Of a stretch of DNA of 64,000 nt, positions 29,801-39,966 are shown in pieces (the first letter of the stretch is position 1; each line of letters opens with the position of its first letter). Origin of the DNA: Deinococcus sp. Its GTDB lineage: Bacteria; Deinococcota; Deinococci; Deinococcales; Deinococcaceae. Position numbers and translations under genes: made by a program. The DNA is taken from positions 2,560,001 to 2,624,000 of the forward strand of contig OZ253375.1 of NCBI GenBank assembly GCA_965261005.1, given 5' to 3'. Under the pieces are notes generated by a model. It was not told the origin of the DNA. It worked only from the letters and a program-made list of their open reading frames with translations, and searched no databases.

Positions 29801-31540
29801 ATGATGAACGCTATGACACCAGCGCCAAGCGCGCCGCCGCGCGGCTACTTCGGTGAGCTGCTCGATCCCGCCACCTACAAGCGCCTGCTGTACCACCTGC
29901 TGGCCTTTCCTCTCGGGCTGCTGTACTTCGTGGTGCTGGTCGTGGGCGTCTCGCTGGGCGCCGGCCTGCTGGTGATCGTGGTGGGCGCCGCGCTGCTGCT
30001 GGCGACGCTGTGGCTGGTGACGGCCTTTGCCGACCTTGAGCGCGTTCTGGGCGAGGCGCTGCTGAACGTGCCACTGCCGCGCCGCCGCGCCCCGTTGCGG
30101 CCGGACGGCGTCTGGGCCTGGGTCAGGCAGGCTGTTTCGGACGCCGACACCTACAGGGCGCTGCTGTACCTGCTGCTCAAGTTTCCCTTCGGCGTGCTGA
30201 CCTTCGGCCTGGGCGCGGCGCTGCTGGGGGCCAGCCTCGCCCTGATCTGGGCGCCGCTGAGCTTGTGGTGGGGGCCGCCGGGCGTGTACTTCTTCTTTTC
30301 GGACGGGGCTTACCAGCTCACGCCCGCCGCCGCCGTCGCGGCCCCCATCGGCGGGGTGGCGCTGCTGGTGCTGGGCCTGAGCGTCTTGAACCTGCTGGCG
30401 CGCGGCTGGGCCGCCGTCAGCGTGGCGCTGCTGACCGGCGGAGAGGGCGCCGCCGCCCAGCGCGAGGTGCAAGCTCTGCAACGGGGCGCGCGGGTGGTGA
30501 CGCTGGGGGGCGATTTGAGCGCCACCCTCGGGGAGCTGCTGGCACAGGGCCTGGACGCCACCGCCGCCGGGGCCGCCGTGGTCGTGAGCGGCGCTCAGCT
30601 GCTGGCCGGGCGCGGGCTGGCCGATTCGCAAACCGACATGTCGGCCCTGCGCGCGGCCGTTCTGATTCCGCAAGAGCCGGGCCGCGCGCTGCTGACGCCG
30701 GACGGTGGCACCCTCTTGGGCGCGAAGCTCGGCGCGCTGGCGACCTTCAGGCTGCCGGCCCCAGCGGGAGAGGCGGGCGCGCTGCACGTCGCCTACCCGT
30801 TGAGGGTGGCCCCGTCGCGCCGCGAGCTGGCCTTTTGGGGCGCCGTTGCGGACCAAGCGGCCGTCGCCCTGGAGACCGACCGCTTGCTGCGCCGGGCGCA
30901 CGCGCGGGGCGGGGAAGAGGAGCGGGCGCGGGTGGCGCGCGAGCTGCACGACTCGGTGGCGCAGGCGCTGTACGGCATCTCGCTGGGCGCCAAGGCCGCC
31001 CGCGCCCAGGTGACCAGTTCGGCTCCCGGCGGTTCCGAGGGGGCCGCCGAGAGCCTGAACTACGTGGCCGAGCTGGCCGACGGCGCCTCCGCCGAGATGA
31101 AGGCCCTGCTGTTCTCGCTGCGCCCCGATGCCCTTGCCGAAGGGGGTCTGACGCCCGCCTTGGCGCGCCTCGTGGACGTGCTGCGCCTGCGCTACAAGCT
31201 GAGCGCTGGCCTGAGCGCCCCCGAGGCGCCGGGGTTGTCTGGAGAGGTGGCGGGCGCGCTGTACCGCATCGCCCAGGAGGCGGCGCACAACGCCGTCAAG
31301 CACGCCGGGGCGCGCACGGTCGAGCTGGCACTCGACCGCGACGGGGACGAATGGGTCCTGAGCGTGCGCGACGACGGCGCCGGCTTCGACCCGGGCCAGC
31401 TGTCGGGGGGCACGTTGGGCTTGCAGGGCATGCGCGAGCGGGCGCAGGCCATCCACACGGCGCTCAAGGTCACGTCTGCCCCCGGCGCGGGCACGGTCGT
31501 CAGCGTGCGCGTGCCCGTTCAAGCGGGAGACCCCACATGA
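29801..31540 (+). CDS. Sensor histidine kinase (HisKA_3 class)
   Basis: 4-TM sensor, GAF-like region, ERARVARELHDSVAQ, QEAAHNAVKHA, DDGAGF, GLQGMRER. Confidence 0.93.
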   Translation: MMNAMTPAPSAPPRGYFGELLDPATYKRLLYHLLAFPLGLLYFVVLVVGVSLGAGLLVIVVGAALLLATLWLVTAFADLERVLGEALLNVPLPRRRAPLRPDGVWAWVRQAVSDADTYRALLYLLLKFPFGVLTFGLGAALLGASLALIWAPLSLWWGPPGVYFFFSDGAYQLTPAAAVAAPIGGVALLVLGLSVLNLLARGWAAVSVALLTGGEGAAAQREVQALQRGARVVTLGGDLSATLGELLAQGLDATAAGAAVVVSGAQLLAGRGLADSQTDMSALRAAVLIPQEPGRALLTPDGGTLLGAKLGALATFRLPAPAGEAGALHVAYPLRVAPSRRELAFWGAVADQAAVALETDRLLRRAHARGGEEERARVARELHDSVAQALYGISLGAKAARAQVTSSAPGGSEGAAESLNYVAELADGASAEMKALLFSLRPDALAEGGLTPALARLVDVLRLRYKLSAGLSAPEAPGLSGEVAGALYRIAQEAAHNAVKHAGARTVELALDRDGDEWVLSVRDDGAGFDPGQLSGGTLGLQGMRERAQAIHTALKVTSAPGAGTVVSVRVPVQAGDPT

Positions 31541-32376
31541 CCCGTTCCCGTTTCGAGCCGCCCGCCCGCGACATCCTGACCCGCATCCTGATCAGCTTGA
31601 TCGTGCTGGCGGGCGCGGCGGCGTCCCTTCGCCTCGCCCTGCGTCCCGCCGGGGCAGTTGGCGCGGCGACGCGGACCCTTTCCGAACCCCTCAACTCCGC
31701 CGGGCGGGCGCGCGTCACGCTGGACCTCGGGGCGGGCGACCTGCGGGTGGGGCCGCTGGGGGAGGCGGCGCCGGCCACGCTGCTGAAGGCGACCCTGCGC
31801 GCCCCGGCCGGCGCCACCTTGGAGAGGCAACGCTCGAACGGCGGCGGCGTCGCCAAGCTCGACCTGGAGCTGCTCGGCCCAGCCACCTTCCCGAACGGGT
31901 CGGGCTGGGTCTTCGGGTTTGGCGGGTCGTCGCGCTTCCACACGCTGAGCGTGAACCTCAGCGGGCGGGTGCCGCTCGACTTGAGCGCCGGGCTGGGATC
32001 GGGCGACGCCGAACTGGACCTCGCGGGGCTGCGGCTCGGGCAGCTGGAGCTGAAGGGCGTCTCCGGCGACGTGAACGTCACGCTGCCGGGCGCCTTCGAC
32101 GCCGCCCTGAAGGTGATCAGCGGCGACGTGAACGTGCGCGTGCCCGAGTTGGACGCGCCCAGCAGCCTCACGGCCAGCGCGGTTTCGGGCGATTTGAACG
32201 TGCGCGTCCCGCGCGGCGCGGGCGTGCGCCTGGAGACGAGGGCCGGCTTAGGGGACCTGTCGCTGCCGCCGGGCTTCGGGCGCTCGGGGGATGGCTACGT
32301 CCGGGCCGGCGCGCCGACCCTCACCCTGCGCCTGAGCACGGTCAGCGGGGACATCAGGGTGAGCGAGGCAAAATGA
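31537..32376 (+). CDS. DUF4097/LiaG-like beta-repeat envelope protein
   Basis: N-terminal TM; repeated SGDV/GDL motifs; ATGA-coupled between kinase and regulator. Confidence 0.75.
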   Translation: MTRSRFEPPARDILTRILISLIVLAGAAASLRLALRPAGAVGAATRTLSEPLNSAGRARVTLDLGAGDLRVGPLGEAAPATLLKATLRAPAGATLERQRSNGGGVAKLDLELLGPATFPNGSGWVFGFGGSSRFHTLSVNLSGRVPLDLSAGLGSGDAELDLAGLRLGQLELKGVSGDVNVTLPGAFDAALKVISGDVNVRVPELDAPSSLTASAVSGDLNVRVPRGAGVRLETRAGLGDLSLPPGFGRSGDGYVRAGAPTLTLRLSTVSGDIRVSEAK

Positions 32377-33071
32377 CGGACCTTTCGCCCATCCGGGTGC
32401 TGCTGGTGGACGACCACGCGGTGGTGCGCGCCGGCCTCAAGCTGTACCTGTCGCTCGACCGCACGCTGGCGGTGGTGGGCGAGGCCGCCAACGGCGCCGA
32501 GGCGCTGGAGCGCGCCGCCGAGACCCGGCCGCAGGTGGTCGTGATGGACCTGATGATGCCGGTGATGGACGGCGCGACCGCCACCCGCGAATTGCGCGCC
32601 CGCTGGCCGGACACCGAGGTGCTGGCCCTCACCAGCGCCCTAGAGGAGCACAAGGTCAACGGCGCCATTCAGGCGGGCGCGACCGGCTACCTGCTCAAGG
32701 ACGCTTCCGGCGACGTGCTGCTGGAGGCCATTCACGCCGCCGCGCGCGGCGAGGTGCGGCTGCACCCCGAGGCGGCCCGGCGGCTCGCGCGCGAGTTCCG
32801 CGCGCCGGACATGCGCGAGTCGCTGACCCCGCGTGAACTGCTGACCCTGCAACTGATCGCCCGCGGCCTCAGCAACGCCGACATCGCCCTTGAGCTGGGC
32901 GTCGGCGAACCCACCGTCAAGACCCACGTGTCGCGCCTGCTGGGCAAGCTCGGCCTCGCCTCGCGCACCCAGGCGGCCTTGTACGCCCTGCGCCACAGCC
33001 TGGCAACCCTGGACGGCTTGGCGACCTTGGATGGCCCGGTCTTGAATGGTTCGGTCAAGCCGCGAACGTGA
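32373..33071 (+). CDS. NarL/LuxR-family response regulator
   Basis: VLLVDDHAVVR, MDLMMP, GYLLK, LTPRE...TVKTHVS. Confidence 0.95.
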   Translation: MTDLSPIRVLLVDDHAVVRAGLKLYLSLDRTLAVVGEAANGAEALERAAETRPQVVVMDLMMPVMDGATATRELRARWPDTEVLALTSALEEHKVNGAIQAGATGYLLKDASGDVLLEAIHAAARGEVRLHPEAARRLAREFRAPDMRESLTPRELLTLQLIARGLSNADIALELGVGEPTVKTHVSRLLGKLGLASRTQAALYALRHSLATLDGLATLDGPVLNGSVKPRT

Positions 33072-33127
33072 GCCTCACCTTTAGGCTTCTCAGCGCCCGC
33101 GCCGCGCGCATGGTTCTACTCTGAAGC

Positions 33128-33562
33128 GTGCACAAGCTGATCGTCCTATACACACAGCCCGCCGACGAGGCGGCCTTTCTGAAACACTACCGGGAAGTCC
33201 ACACGCCGCTGGTCCTCCAGCTGCCGGGCGTGGCCCAGCTGGAGGTCACCCGCCTGACGGGCGACCCCGGCGGCGGCGAGGGCGCCTACTTCCTGATGGC
33301 CGAGACGACCTTTCCCGACCAAGCCACCTACCAGGCGGCCATGCGCTCGCCGCAACACGCCGCCGTGGTGGAAGACCTCGACAGCTTCGCGCAGGGTCTG
33401 GTGACGCTGCTGGAGGGAACGGACTTGACCACCGACGAAAGCCCGCCGCCACGCCCCAACCACGTTCCCGACCCCGTGCACATCATGGACAAGCAGCGCG
33501 AGATGGACCAGCAAGGCAAGACCGCCTCGGGCGCCTACGAGATCATGGACGATAAGCAGTAA
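33128..33562 (+). CDS. EthD family protein
   Basis: KLIVLY.QP.D.AAF..HYREVH.PLV..LPG. Confidence 0.85.
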   Translation: MHKLIVLYTQPADEAAFLKHYREVHTPLVLQLPGVAQLEVTRLTGDPGGGEGAYFLMAETTFPDQATYQAAMRSPQHAAVVEDLDSFAQGLVTLLEGTDLTTDESPPPRPNHVPDPVHIMDKQREMDQQGKTASGAYEIMDDKQ

Positions 33563-34238
33563 GAACGGGCGCCGCAAAGTCCCGCACCACCCTGAAGGGC
33601 GCCTCCCCGTCCTGCCTGAGCAGCGTCACGCCCCCGAAGCTGAGCGAGCGGTAGGGCGAGAAGTACGCCCCAAGCTGACTTCTCAACCCCTCCACGTCCT
33701 CGCCCGTGTACGGCTCGACCAGCGTGAAGTGCGGCTCCCAAGTGTCGAGTCCGCGCGGCGTGTGAAACAGCTTCAGGCGGGCACGCTCATAAGGCTCGGG
33801 GGACTTGGCCGAATCTTCTTGAGCAAGCCGTTCGAAGCTCGATTCCGTGACGAAGCGTGCCAAGCGCGAGGCCAGCAGCGTTTGCAGCGCCAGCAGGGTC
33901 GCGCCCGGATCGTAGCGCAGGGCGATCACGCTGCCCCCGTCCCAAGTCACGGCGCGCCCACCCGACAGTTCCAAGCGCGAGCTTGGGGCCAGGCAGGCGC
34001 AGACGGTCGCCACCTCGGTCTCGATCTCGGAAAAGCTGTCCGGGGCGCACCCGAAGGCCTCCACCACCGTGCAGTGAAAGCCGTACTGCCCCGCCTTTTT
34101 CACCCACTCGGGCCGAATCTCGGCTAACTGTTGTACGCCTTTCCCGGCGCGTACGTCGTAGCCGAGGGCGGCGCTGCCGAGCTGGGAGACGGGGTCCTGA
34201 GCGGGCGGAACCAGGTAGACGGCGAAGCGGGTGGTCAT
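33543..34238 (-). CDS. 2H phosphoesterase (DUF1045-like)
   Basis: RFAVYLVP and two HxT motifs (YGFHCT, PHFTL). Confidence 0.72.
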   Translation of the reverse strand: MTTRFAVYLVPPAQDPVSQLGSAALGYDVRAGKGVQQLAEIRPEWVKKAGQYGFHCTVVEAFGCAPDSFSEIETEVATVCACLAPSSRLELSGGRAVTWDGGSVIALRYDPGATLLALQTLLASRLARFVTESSFERLAQEDSAKSPEPYERARLKLFHTPRGLDTWEPHFTLVEPYTGEDVEGLRSQLGAYFSPYRSLSFGGVTLLRQDGEAPFRVVRDFAAPVLTAYRP

Positions 34239-34239
34239 C

Positions 34240-35985
34240 TCAGGCTTTCCGAAACGGCAAATACCTCGGCAGCCAAAAGCGGCCCCGCACGAAAGCCTCG
34301 ATCTCGGCTTCCCCGAGGTCCCCGAGGGTTTCCTCGGTCGCCACGCCGTCGCGCAGCGCCTGGACGGCTACATGGGTGGCGACCTTGACGCTCACCTCGC
34401 GCAAATCGGTCACGCGCGGATAGACCCGCCCCGAGGACAGATCGGTTGCCGCCGCCAGGGCGCTGGCGGCCGTGAGCACCATGTTGTCGGTCACCTCGCG
34501 CGCCCGGCTGATCACCGCCCCGAAGCCCAGACCCGGAAAGACAAAGGCGTTGTTGCCCTGACCCACCGGGCAATCGCGCCCCTCCCAGGTCACGTCCGCG
34601 AAGGGGCTGCCGGTCGCCACGACGGCGCGCCCAGCGGTCCAGCGCACCACGTCCTCCGGCAGGGCCTCGGCGTTGGAGGTCGGGTTCGACAGCGGAAAGA
34701 CGATGGGCCGCTCGGCAAAGGCCAGCAGCGCCGCCACGATGGGCTGCGTGAACAGCCCGCCTACCCCAGAGAGTCCGAGCAGGGCGGTGGCGCGGGCGCT
34801 CTGAATGGTCTCCAGCAAGCTGGGCGTTTCGCCCGCCATCTGCCAACCCGCCACGCGCGCCGGGTCTTGGCCGTAGACCTCTTGGTGCGGCTCCAAATTC
34901 TGGCCCCGGATCAGCAGCCCCTGGCGGTCCACCACCAAGACGCGCGCCCTAGCCCCCGCCTCGCTCAGGCCCGCGCGCAGCAGCCCCTGGGTCAGCGCCC
35001 AAGCCACCCCGATGCCGCCCGCCCCCGCCCCGACCACCACGAAGGTCTGGTCCGTCAGGGCCTCCCCCTTCAGCTGGCAAGCGCCCAGCACGCCGGCCAG
35101 GGCCATCGCGCCGGTGCCCTGAATGTCGTCGTTGAAGCTGGGCAGGGTTTTTCGGTAGCGTTCCAGCACCTCAAAGGCCGTGCCCCGCGCGAAGTCCTCC
35201 CACTGAATCAGCGCCTTGGGATAGCGCGCCCGCACCGCCGCCACGAAGCGGTCGAGAAAGGCCAAATATGGCTCGCCGCTCAGACGCGGATGGCGCACGC
35301 CCAGGTAGAGGGGGTCCTCGCGCAAGTCGGGGCGGTCGGTGCCCACGTCGAGTTCCACCGGCAAGGTCTTGTCCGGCCCCACCCCGCCCGCCACGGTGTA
35401 GATGCTGAGCTTCCCAATCGAGATGGCCATGCCGCCAAACCCCTGGTCGCCGAGGCCCAGAATGGCGCTGGAGTCGGTCGCCACGATCATTCGCACGTCG
35501 TCAATGGGCACGTTGGCGAGGGCCTGCTCGACCCGGTCAATCGTCTCCGTTGAGACGCAAAACCCCCTCGGCAAGCGGTAGATGTGCGAAAAGACCCGCA
35601 CCGCCTCGCCCACGGTCGGCGTGTAGAGGATCGGCAGCATCTCCTCCAAGTGGTCCTCTAAGAGAGCGAAGAACAGCACCTCGTTGCGGTCCTGGATGTT
35701 GCGCAGGTAGACGTGCTTCTCCAGGTCGGTCGGTTGCAGACGGTAGCGGCCGTAGGCGCGCTCCTTTTGCTCCTCCACGCTGCTGACGTGCGGCGGAATC
35801 AGGCCGTCGAGGTCAAGCAGCTGCCGTTCCTCGGGCGTAAAGGCCGTGCTCTTGTTGAGCAGCGGCAAGCGCAGCATCGAGAAGCCGGTGACCTTCACCT
35901 CCAGGTAACGCTCTCCCCGCTCGTCGCGCTTCACGTCGTAGTACCGGCTGATCTGGACGTTGCGCCGAGACCGACTGATGGTCAT
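34240..35985 (-). CDS. maeA: NAD-dependent malic enzyme
   Basis: [49 protein letters not shown]. Confidence 0.93.
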   Translation of the reverse strand: MTISRSRRNVQISRYYDVKRDERGERYLEVKVTGFSMLRLPLLNKSTAFTPEERQLLDLDGLIPPHVSSVEEQKERAYGRYRLQPTDLEKHVYLRNIQDRNEVLFFALLEDHLEEMLPILYTPTVGEAVRVFSHIYRLPRGFCVSTETIDRVEQALANVPIDDVRMIVATDSSAILGLGDQGFGGMAISIGKLSIYTVAGGVGPDKTLPVELDVGTDRPDLREDPLYLGVRHPRLSGEPYLAFLDRFVAAVRARYPKALIQWEDFARGTAFEVLERYRKTLPSFNDDIQGTGAMALAGVLGACQLKGEALTDQTFVVVGAGAGGIGVAWALTQGLLRAGLSEAGARARVLVVDRQGLLIRGQNLEPHQEVYGQDPARVAGWQMAGETPSLLETIQSARATALLGLSGVGGLFTQPIVAALLAFAERPIVFPLSNPTSNAEALPEDVVRWTAGRAVVATGSPFADVTWEGRDCPVGQGNNAFVFPGLGFGAVISRAREVTDNMVLTAASALAAATDLSSGRVYPRVTDLREVSVKVATHVAVQALRDGVATEETLGDLGEAEIEAFVRGRFWLPRYLPFRKA

Positions 35986-36090
35986 GAATACCTCCAAACA
36001 CCGTTCAGAATACGGGAAGAGGTGAGCTGGACGGCGAGACTGGGTTCGGCGTCGGATGTAAGACGGGAAGGTAAGGCATAGAGTTAAGGC

Positions 36091-36432
36091 ATGACGGACG
36101 TGACCGCCAAAATCACCAGCAAGGGCCAGCTCACCCTGCCCCGCGAAGTGCGCGATCTTTTGGGCGTTCAGAGCGGCGACCGGGTGCGCTTTGAGCTGGA
36201 AAGCGGCGCCGTTCGCCTGTACCCTGAACGCGACACCCCCAGCTTTCGCGACATGCTGGGGACCGCGCCGCTCCCGGCGGGTCAGGACGCCCTCGGCGTG
36301 GTGGAGGCTCTGCGCCACGGTCCTGCTGAAGAAGCCGCTTTGCGCGCCGCGCCGGCCCATCCCCACGTGACCCTCAACACCGCAGATTACGGCGACTTCC
36401 CAGAAGTGACGCTGCTCACGGTGCGCCCGTAG
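36091..36432 (+). CDS. AbrB/MazE/SpoVT-family antitoxin-like protein with no adjacent toxin
   Basis: [27 protein letters not shown]. Confidence 0.88.
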   Translation: MTDVTAKITSKGQLTLPREVRDLLGVQSGDRVRFELESGAVRLYPERDTPSFRDMLGTAPLPAGQDALGVVEALRHGPAEEAALRAAPAHPHVTLNTADYGDFPEVTLLTVRP

Positions 36433-36775
36433 CCTCCAGCATGGCCCGCCACGCCTCCGGCACCTCGCCGTAGCTGAGCTGCTTCCCGAGCCGCACCAGG
36501 GGCAGCTTGAGCAACTCGGGGTGCTGGGTGACCCGCTGAATCAGGCCCTCCTCCGACACGCGCAGGTAGGCCAAGTTCTGCTTTTCGTAAGCTTTGCCCT
36601 CCAGATCGAGCAGGGCCGTCAGGCCGAATTTCTGCGTGAAGCGCGCGAGTTCCCCCCGCGCGATGGGCCGCTGGGCCAAGTCCACGAAGATGACGCGCAA
36701 GCGCCTCTCCTTGAAAAAGCGCTCGGCGGCGCGGGTCGCGGCGGACTTTTTGAGGCCAAAAATCTGCACGTCCAT
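36416..36775 (-). CDS. ArsC/Spx/MgsR family protein
   Basis: [28 protein letters not shown]. Confidence 0.85.
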   Translation of the reverse strand: MDVQIFGLKKSAATRAAERFFKERRLRVIFVDLAQRPIARGELARFTQKFGLTALLDLEGKAYEKQNLAYLRVSEEGLIQRVTQHPELLKLPLVRLGKQLSYGEVPEAWRAMLEATGAP

Positions 36776-36801
36776 GTGGCTATGCTACGGGGCGAAACGG
36801 C

Positions 36802-38022
36802 TCACTCGCGCGGATTCACTCGCTCCAGCACGCGCGCAAAGGCGTCCACCACCCGGTCAATCTGCTCGCGGCTGATAATCAGCGGCGGCAGGAAGCGCAC
36901 CACCAAGGGGGTCGCCTGGAGGGTCAGCACGCCCTCGTCGTGTTCCAGGGCGGCGATGTAGGGGGCGCTCTTTTCCTTCAGCTCCACGCCGATCATCAGG
37001 CCCAGACCGCGCACCTCGCGGATTTTGGGGGACGGTATGGCGCGCAACTTCTCCATGAAGTAGGCGCCCTTGTCGGCCGCCTGCTCCCACAGCTTCTCTC
37101 GCTTCATGAAGCGGATGGCCGCCACGCCCGCCGCCATCGCGAGGGGATTGCCGCCAAAGGTGGTGCCGTGGCCCCCCTTGGGCATCCTGTCCGCGACCCC
37201 GGCCGTCATGGCGAAGGCGCCGATGGGCACGCCCCCCGCCATCGCCTTGGCGAGCGTGATGCCGTCCGGGGTCACGCCGAAGTGCTCCAGCGCGAACATC
37301 TTGCCGGTGCGGCAAAAGCCGGTCTGAATCTCGTCGAGGATCAGCAGGGCGCCCTGCTCCTTTGTCACCTCGCGCGCCGCGCGTACAAATTCCACGTCCG
37401 CCGGGCGCACGCCGCCCTCGCCCTGCACGGGTTCGAGCAGCACGGCGGCGGTCTCGTCGGTCACGGCCGCGCGCAGCTCCTCAATGTTGCCGTAAGTGAC
37501 GAAGGTGACGTTCTTGTCGTCCACCGCGTCGCCGAAGGGAGCGCGGTACTTGGGTTCCCAAGTCAGGGCCAGCGCGCCCAGCGTGCGCCCCGAGAAGCCG
37601 CGCTTGAAGGCGACGAACTTGCTGCGTCCGCCGCTTCCCGTGATGGCGAACTTCTTGGCCGCCTCGACCGCCTCGGTGCCCGAGTTGCACAAAAAGACCC
37701 GGTCAAGCCCGTCCGGCAAGACGCTGACCAGCTCGGCCAGAAACTCGGCGCGCTTATCGTTGGGCAGGGTCTGCGGCATCACCATCAGGGTGGCGGCCTG
37801 CTCCTGCACGGCACGCACCACGTCGGGGTTGCTGTGGCCCACGTTGGCGACCCCGTAGCCCGCCACGCAGTCAATGTAGCTGCGCCCCTCGGTGTCCCAC
37901 ACCACGGCGCCCTCGCCGCGCGCCGTCACGATGGCGTGCTTGGTGTACACGCCGCTGTCATAGCGGTTCTCCAAGTCGAGCCAGTTGTGCTGCTGATCTT
38001 GCTGCGTCTCGGTTGCGGTCAT
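36802..38022 (-). CDS. lysJ: [LysW]-aminoadipate semialdehyde transaminase
   Basis: Class III PLP aminotransferase ([24 protein letters not shown]); lys cluster context. Confidence 0.9.
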   Translation of the reverse strand: MTATETQQDQQHNWLDLENRYDSGVYTKHAIVTARGEGAVVWDTEGRSYIDCVAGYGVANVGHSNPDVVRAVQEQAATLMVMPQTLPNDKRAEFLAELVSVLPDGLDRVFLCNSGTEAVEAAKKFAITGSGGRSKFVAFKRGFSGRTLGALALTWEPKYRAPFGDAVDDKNVTFVTYGNIEELRAAVTDETAAVLLEPVQGEGGVRPADVEFVRAAREVTKEQGALLILDEIQTGFCRTGKMFALEHFGVTPDGITLAKAMAGGVPIGAFAMTAGVADRMPKGGHGTTFGGNPLAMAAGVAAIRFMKREKLWEQAADKGAYFMEKLRAIPSPKIREVRGLGLMIGVELKEKSAPYIAALEHDEGVLTLQATPLVVRFLPPLIISREQIDRVVDAFARVLERVNPRE

Positions 38023-38088
38023 GCGGTCCTCCTTGTGGTGGCCCCAGTGTAGCCCCAGCGCGCCCGTGCGCCCGGTCCCGCCGCACCA

Positions 38089-38538
38089 TTACAACTTGAG
38101 GTCGTAGCCGTAAAACTTTTCTTCACGCACCCAGCCGTGGGCCTCGTAGACGCGCTGGGCGGTGAGGTTGCCAATCTCGGTTCGCAAACTGAGCCGCAGC
38201 GCGCCCGTCTCCAAACCGAACTGCCGCGCCGCCTCCAAGAGCGCCGTCCCGACCCCCCGCCCGCGCCCCGCCGGGTCCACGAACAGGTCGTTTAGAATCC
38301 AGACGCGTCCCAGGCCGACTGAAGAAAAGGACGGGTAGAGCTGGGTGAAGCCCAGGGCTTGGTCGCCTGAAAGCGCCAGAAAGACGACCGACTCGTTTTG
38401 CTCAAGCCGGGCTTGCAAGAAGTCGCGGGCGGCAAGGTCGCTCTCCCGCTGGTAAAAGACGCGGTAGGCGCCAAACAGCGGCGCGAGAACGTCCAGGTCG
38501 GCAAGGCCCGCGCGCCTCACCGACAACTCGCCGCTCAC
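38089..38538 (-). CDS. GNAT acetyltransferase
   Basis: GFTQLYPSFSS, LNDLFV.P..RGRGVG. Confidence 0.9.
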   Translation of the reverse strand: MSGELSVRRAGLADLDVLAPLFGAYRVFYQRESDLAARDFLQARLEQNESVVFLALSGDQALGFTQLYPSFSSVGLGRVWILNDLFVDPAGRGRGVGTALLEAARQFGLETGALRLSLRTEIGNLTAQRVYEAHGWVREEKFYGYDLKL

Positions 38539-39125
38539 GCCCCGTCCCCAGGCTTCGGCGGCAATTGCCGCAGCTGCGCCCGCAAAGCGCTGGTATCCAC
38601 CTCGGGCGCGGTGATCTCCATGTACACGTCATCAAAACGCTCACCGCCCAGCACCACCCGCCCGGTGCGCCGCCCGATCTCGCGAAAGCCCACCTTCTTG
38701 TAGGCGCGAATCGCCCGCTCGTTGTAGGAAAAGACCCGCAGCTCGATGTTGAAGAGGTTGAGGTGGTACATCCCGTAGGCGACCATCAGCCGGGTCGCCT
38801 CGGAGCCGTAGCCGGCGCCCCAATCGGTGGGGTCGAAGATGGCGATGCCGAAGGTGGCCGCGCCGTGGCGGTGGTCAATGTCGCGCAAATCCGTGCTGCC
38901 CACGATGCGCCCGCCGGCCTTTTCGTAGATGCCGAAGTTGACGCCGCCCCTGCCCAGACTCTCGAACCAAGCCTGCTCGTCCTCCAAGCTGTAGGCCCGC
39001 CCGGAGCTGCCCAGGTAGGTGGTCAGCTCCAAGTTCGAGAAGTGCTTGGTCACCTCGGGCACGTCCTCGCGCCGGACGCGCGCCAGAAAGATGTTTTCGC
39101 CGCTCAGGGCGGGAATGGGGTCCAT
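38535..39125 (-). CDS. GNAT acetyltransferase (RimJ/RimL-like)
   Basis: WGAGYGSEA, NERAIRAYKKVGF; ATG 39125. Confidence 0.88.
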   Translation of the reverse strand: MDPIPALSGENIFLARVRREDVPEVTKHFSNLELTTYLGSSGRAYSLEDEQAWFESLGRGGVNFGIYEKAGGRIVGSTDLRDIDHRHGAATFGIAIFDPTDWGAGYGSEATRLMVAYGMYHLNLFNIELRVFSYNERAIRAYKKVGFREIGRRTGRVVLGGERFDDVYMEITAPEVDTSALRAQLRQLPPKPGDGA

Positions 39126-39130
39126 GCCGG

Positions 39131-39140
39131 AGTGTACACT
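39131..39140. promoter_or_regulatory. Palindromic bidirectional -10 element
   Basis: AGTGTACACT reads TACACT on both strands, 5 and 7 nt before the divergent ATGs at 39125 and 39148. Confidence 0.6.
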
Positions 39141-39147
39141 GGCCCGC

Positions 39148-39366
39148 ATGACCGACCCCGACAACCTGACCGACACAGACAACCTGACCGACACCGAGGC
39201 CAACCTGCTGAGGGACGGCCCGACCTTTGACGAGGCGGGCGACCTCGCCACCGACGACAAACTGGTGAACGCGGACGTGCGCGGCACGGTGGGGGACGCG
39301 GGCAACAACCCCGGCGCGCGGGACGGGGCGGGGCAAGAGCGCTTCAAGGAGATAGACGCCGAGTAA
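39148..39366 (+). CDS. Small acidic hydrophilic protein
   Basis: MTDPDNLTDTDNLTDTEAN...; host codon usage; -10 directly upstream. Confidence 0.6.
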   Translation: MTDPDNLTDTDNLTDTEANLLRDGPTFDEAGDLATDDKLVNADVRGTVGDAGNNPGARDGAGQERFKEIDAE

Positions 39367-39376
39367 CTCCCCGCGC

Positions 39377-39718
39377 TCAGGGCTGCGGCTCCACCACCAC
39401 CGCCGTGCCGTAGGCCAGCACCTCGGTCACGCCGTCGGTGATCTCGTTGGCGTCATAGCGCATGGCGAGAATGGCGTTGGCGCCCCGCTCCTGGGCGTGC
39501 TGAACCAGCAGCTCGAACGCCTCTTCGCGCGCCTTTTCGGCCAGCTCGGTGTAGAGGGTGATGTTGCCGCCCAGCAGCGTTTGCAAGGACGCGCCGAGGT
39601 TGCCCAGCACGCTGCGCGAGCGCACGGTCAGGCCGCGCACCACGCCGAGGTGGCGCACCACTTTGTAGCCTGAGAGTTCGTTGGTCGTCGTGACGATTAA
39701 TTCCGTGTGCCTTGTCAT
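39377..39718 (-). CDS. YbjQ/UPF0145 family protein
   Basis: TTTNEL.GY.V...LGVVRG.TVRSR, GANAI.AMRYD, AYGTAV. Confidence 0.92.
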   Translation of the reverse strand: MTRHTELIVTTTNELSGYKVVRHLGVVRGLTVRSRSVLGNLGASLQTLLGGNITLYTELAEKAREEAFELLVQHAQERGANAILAMRYDANEITDGVTEVLAYGTAVVVEPQP

Positions 39719-39767
39719 GCTGAACCTCCACCCCCGAATACGCGCAGGAACGTCGGCGCGTTCCTCA

Positions 39768-39966
39768 TACGGATTCCGCTTTATTCCGTACACTCCGCAG
39801 ACAGCGCTCCGTGTACTCCATGCCGCAAAATCCGTATGTTTTCCCAACTCGCGCCAAGCGAAGAGGAAGCGACATTGTTGACGTTCTGTCGTGGGCGTTT
39901 CAAGCCGCTCTCGCGGCTCGTGCTCGAAAAATTTCCGATGAGGTTCGGAAATTTTCGGAATCCGTA
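39768..39966. mobile_element. MITE-like Deinococcus small non-coding repeat
   Basis: Perfect 12-bp IR ATACGGATTCCG (39767-39778) / CGGAATCCGTAT (39956-39967), TA at both ends, no credible ORF. Confidence 0.75.
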
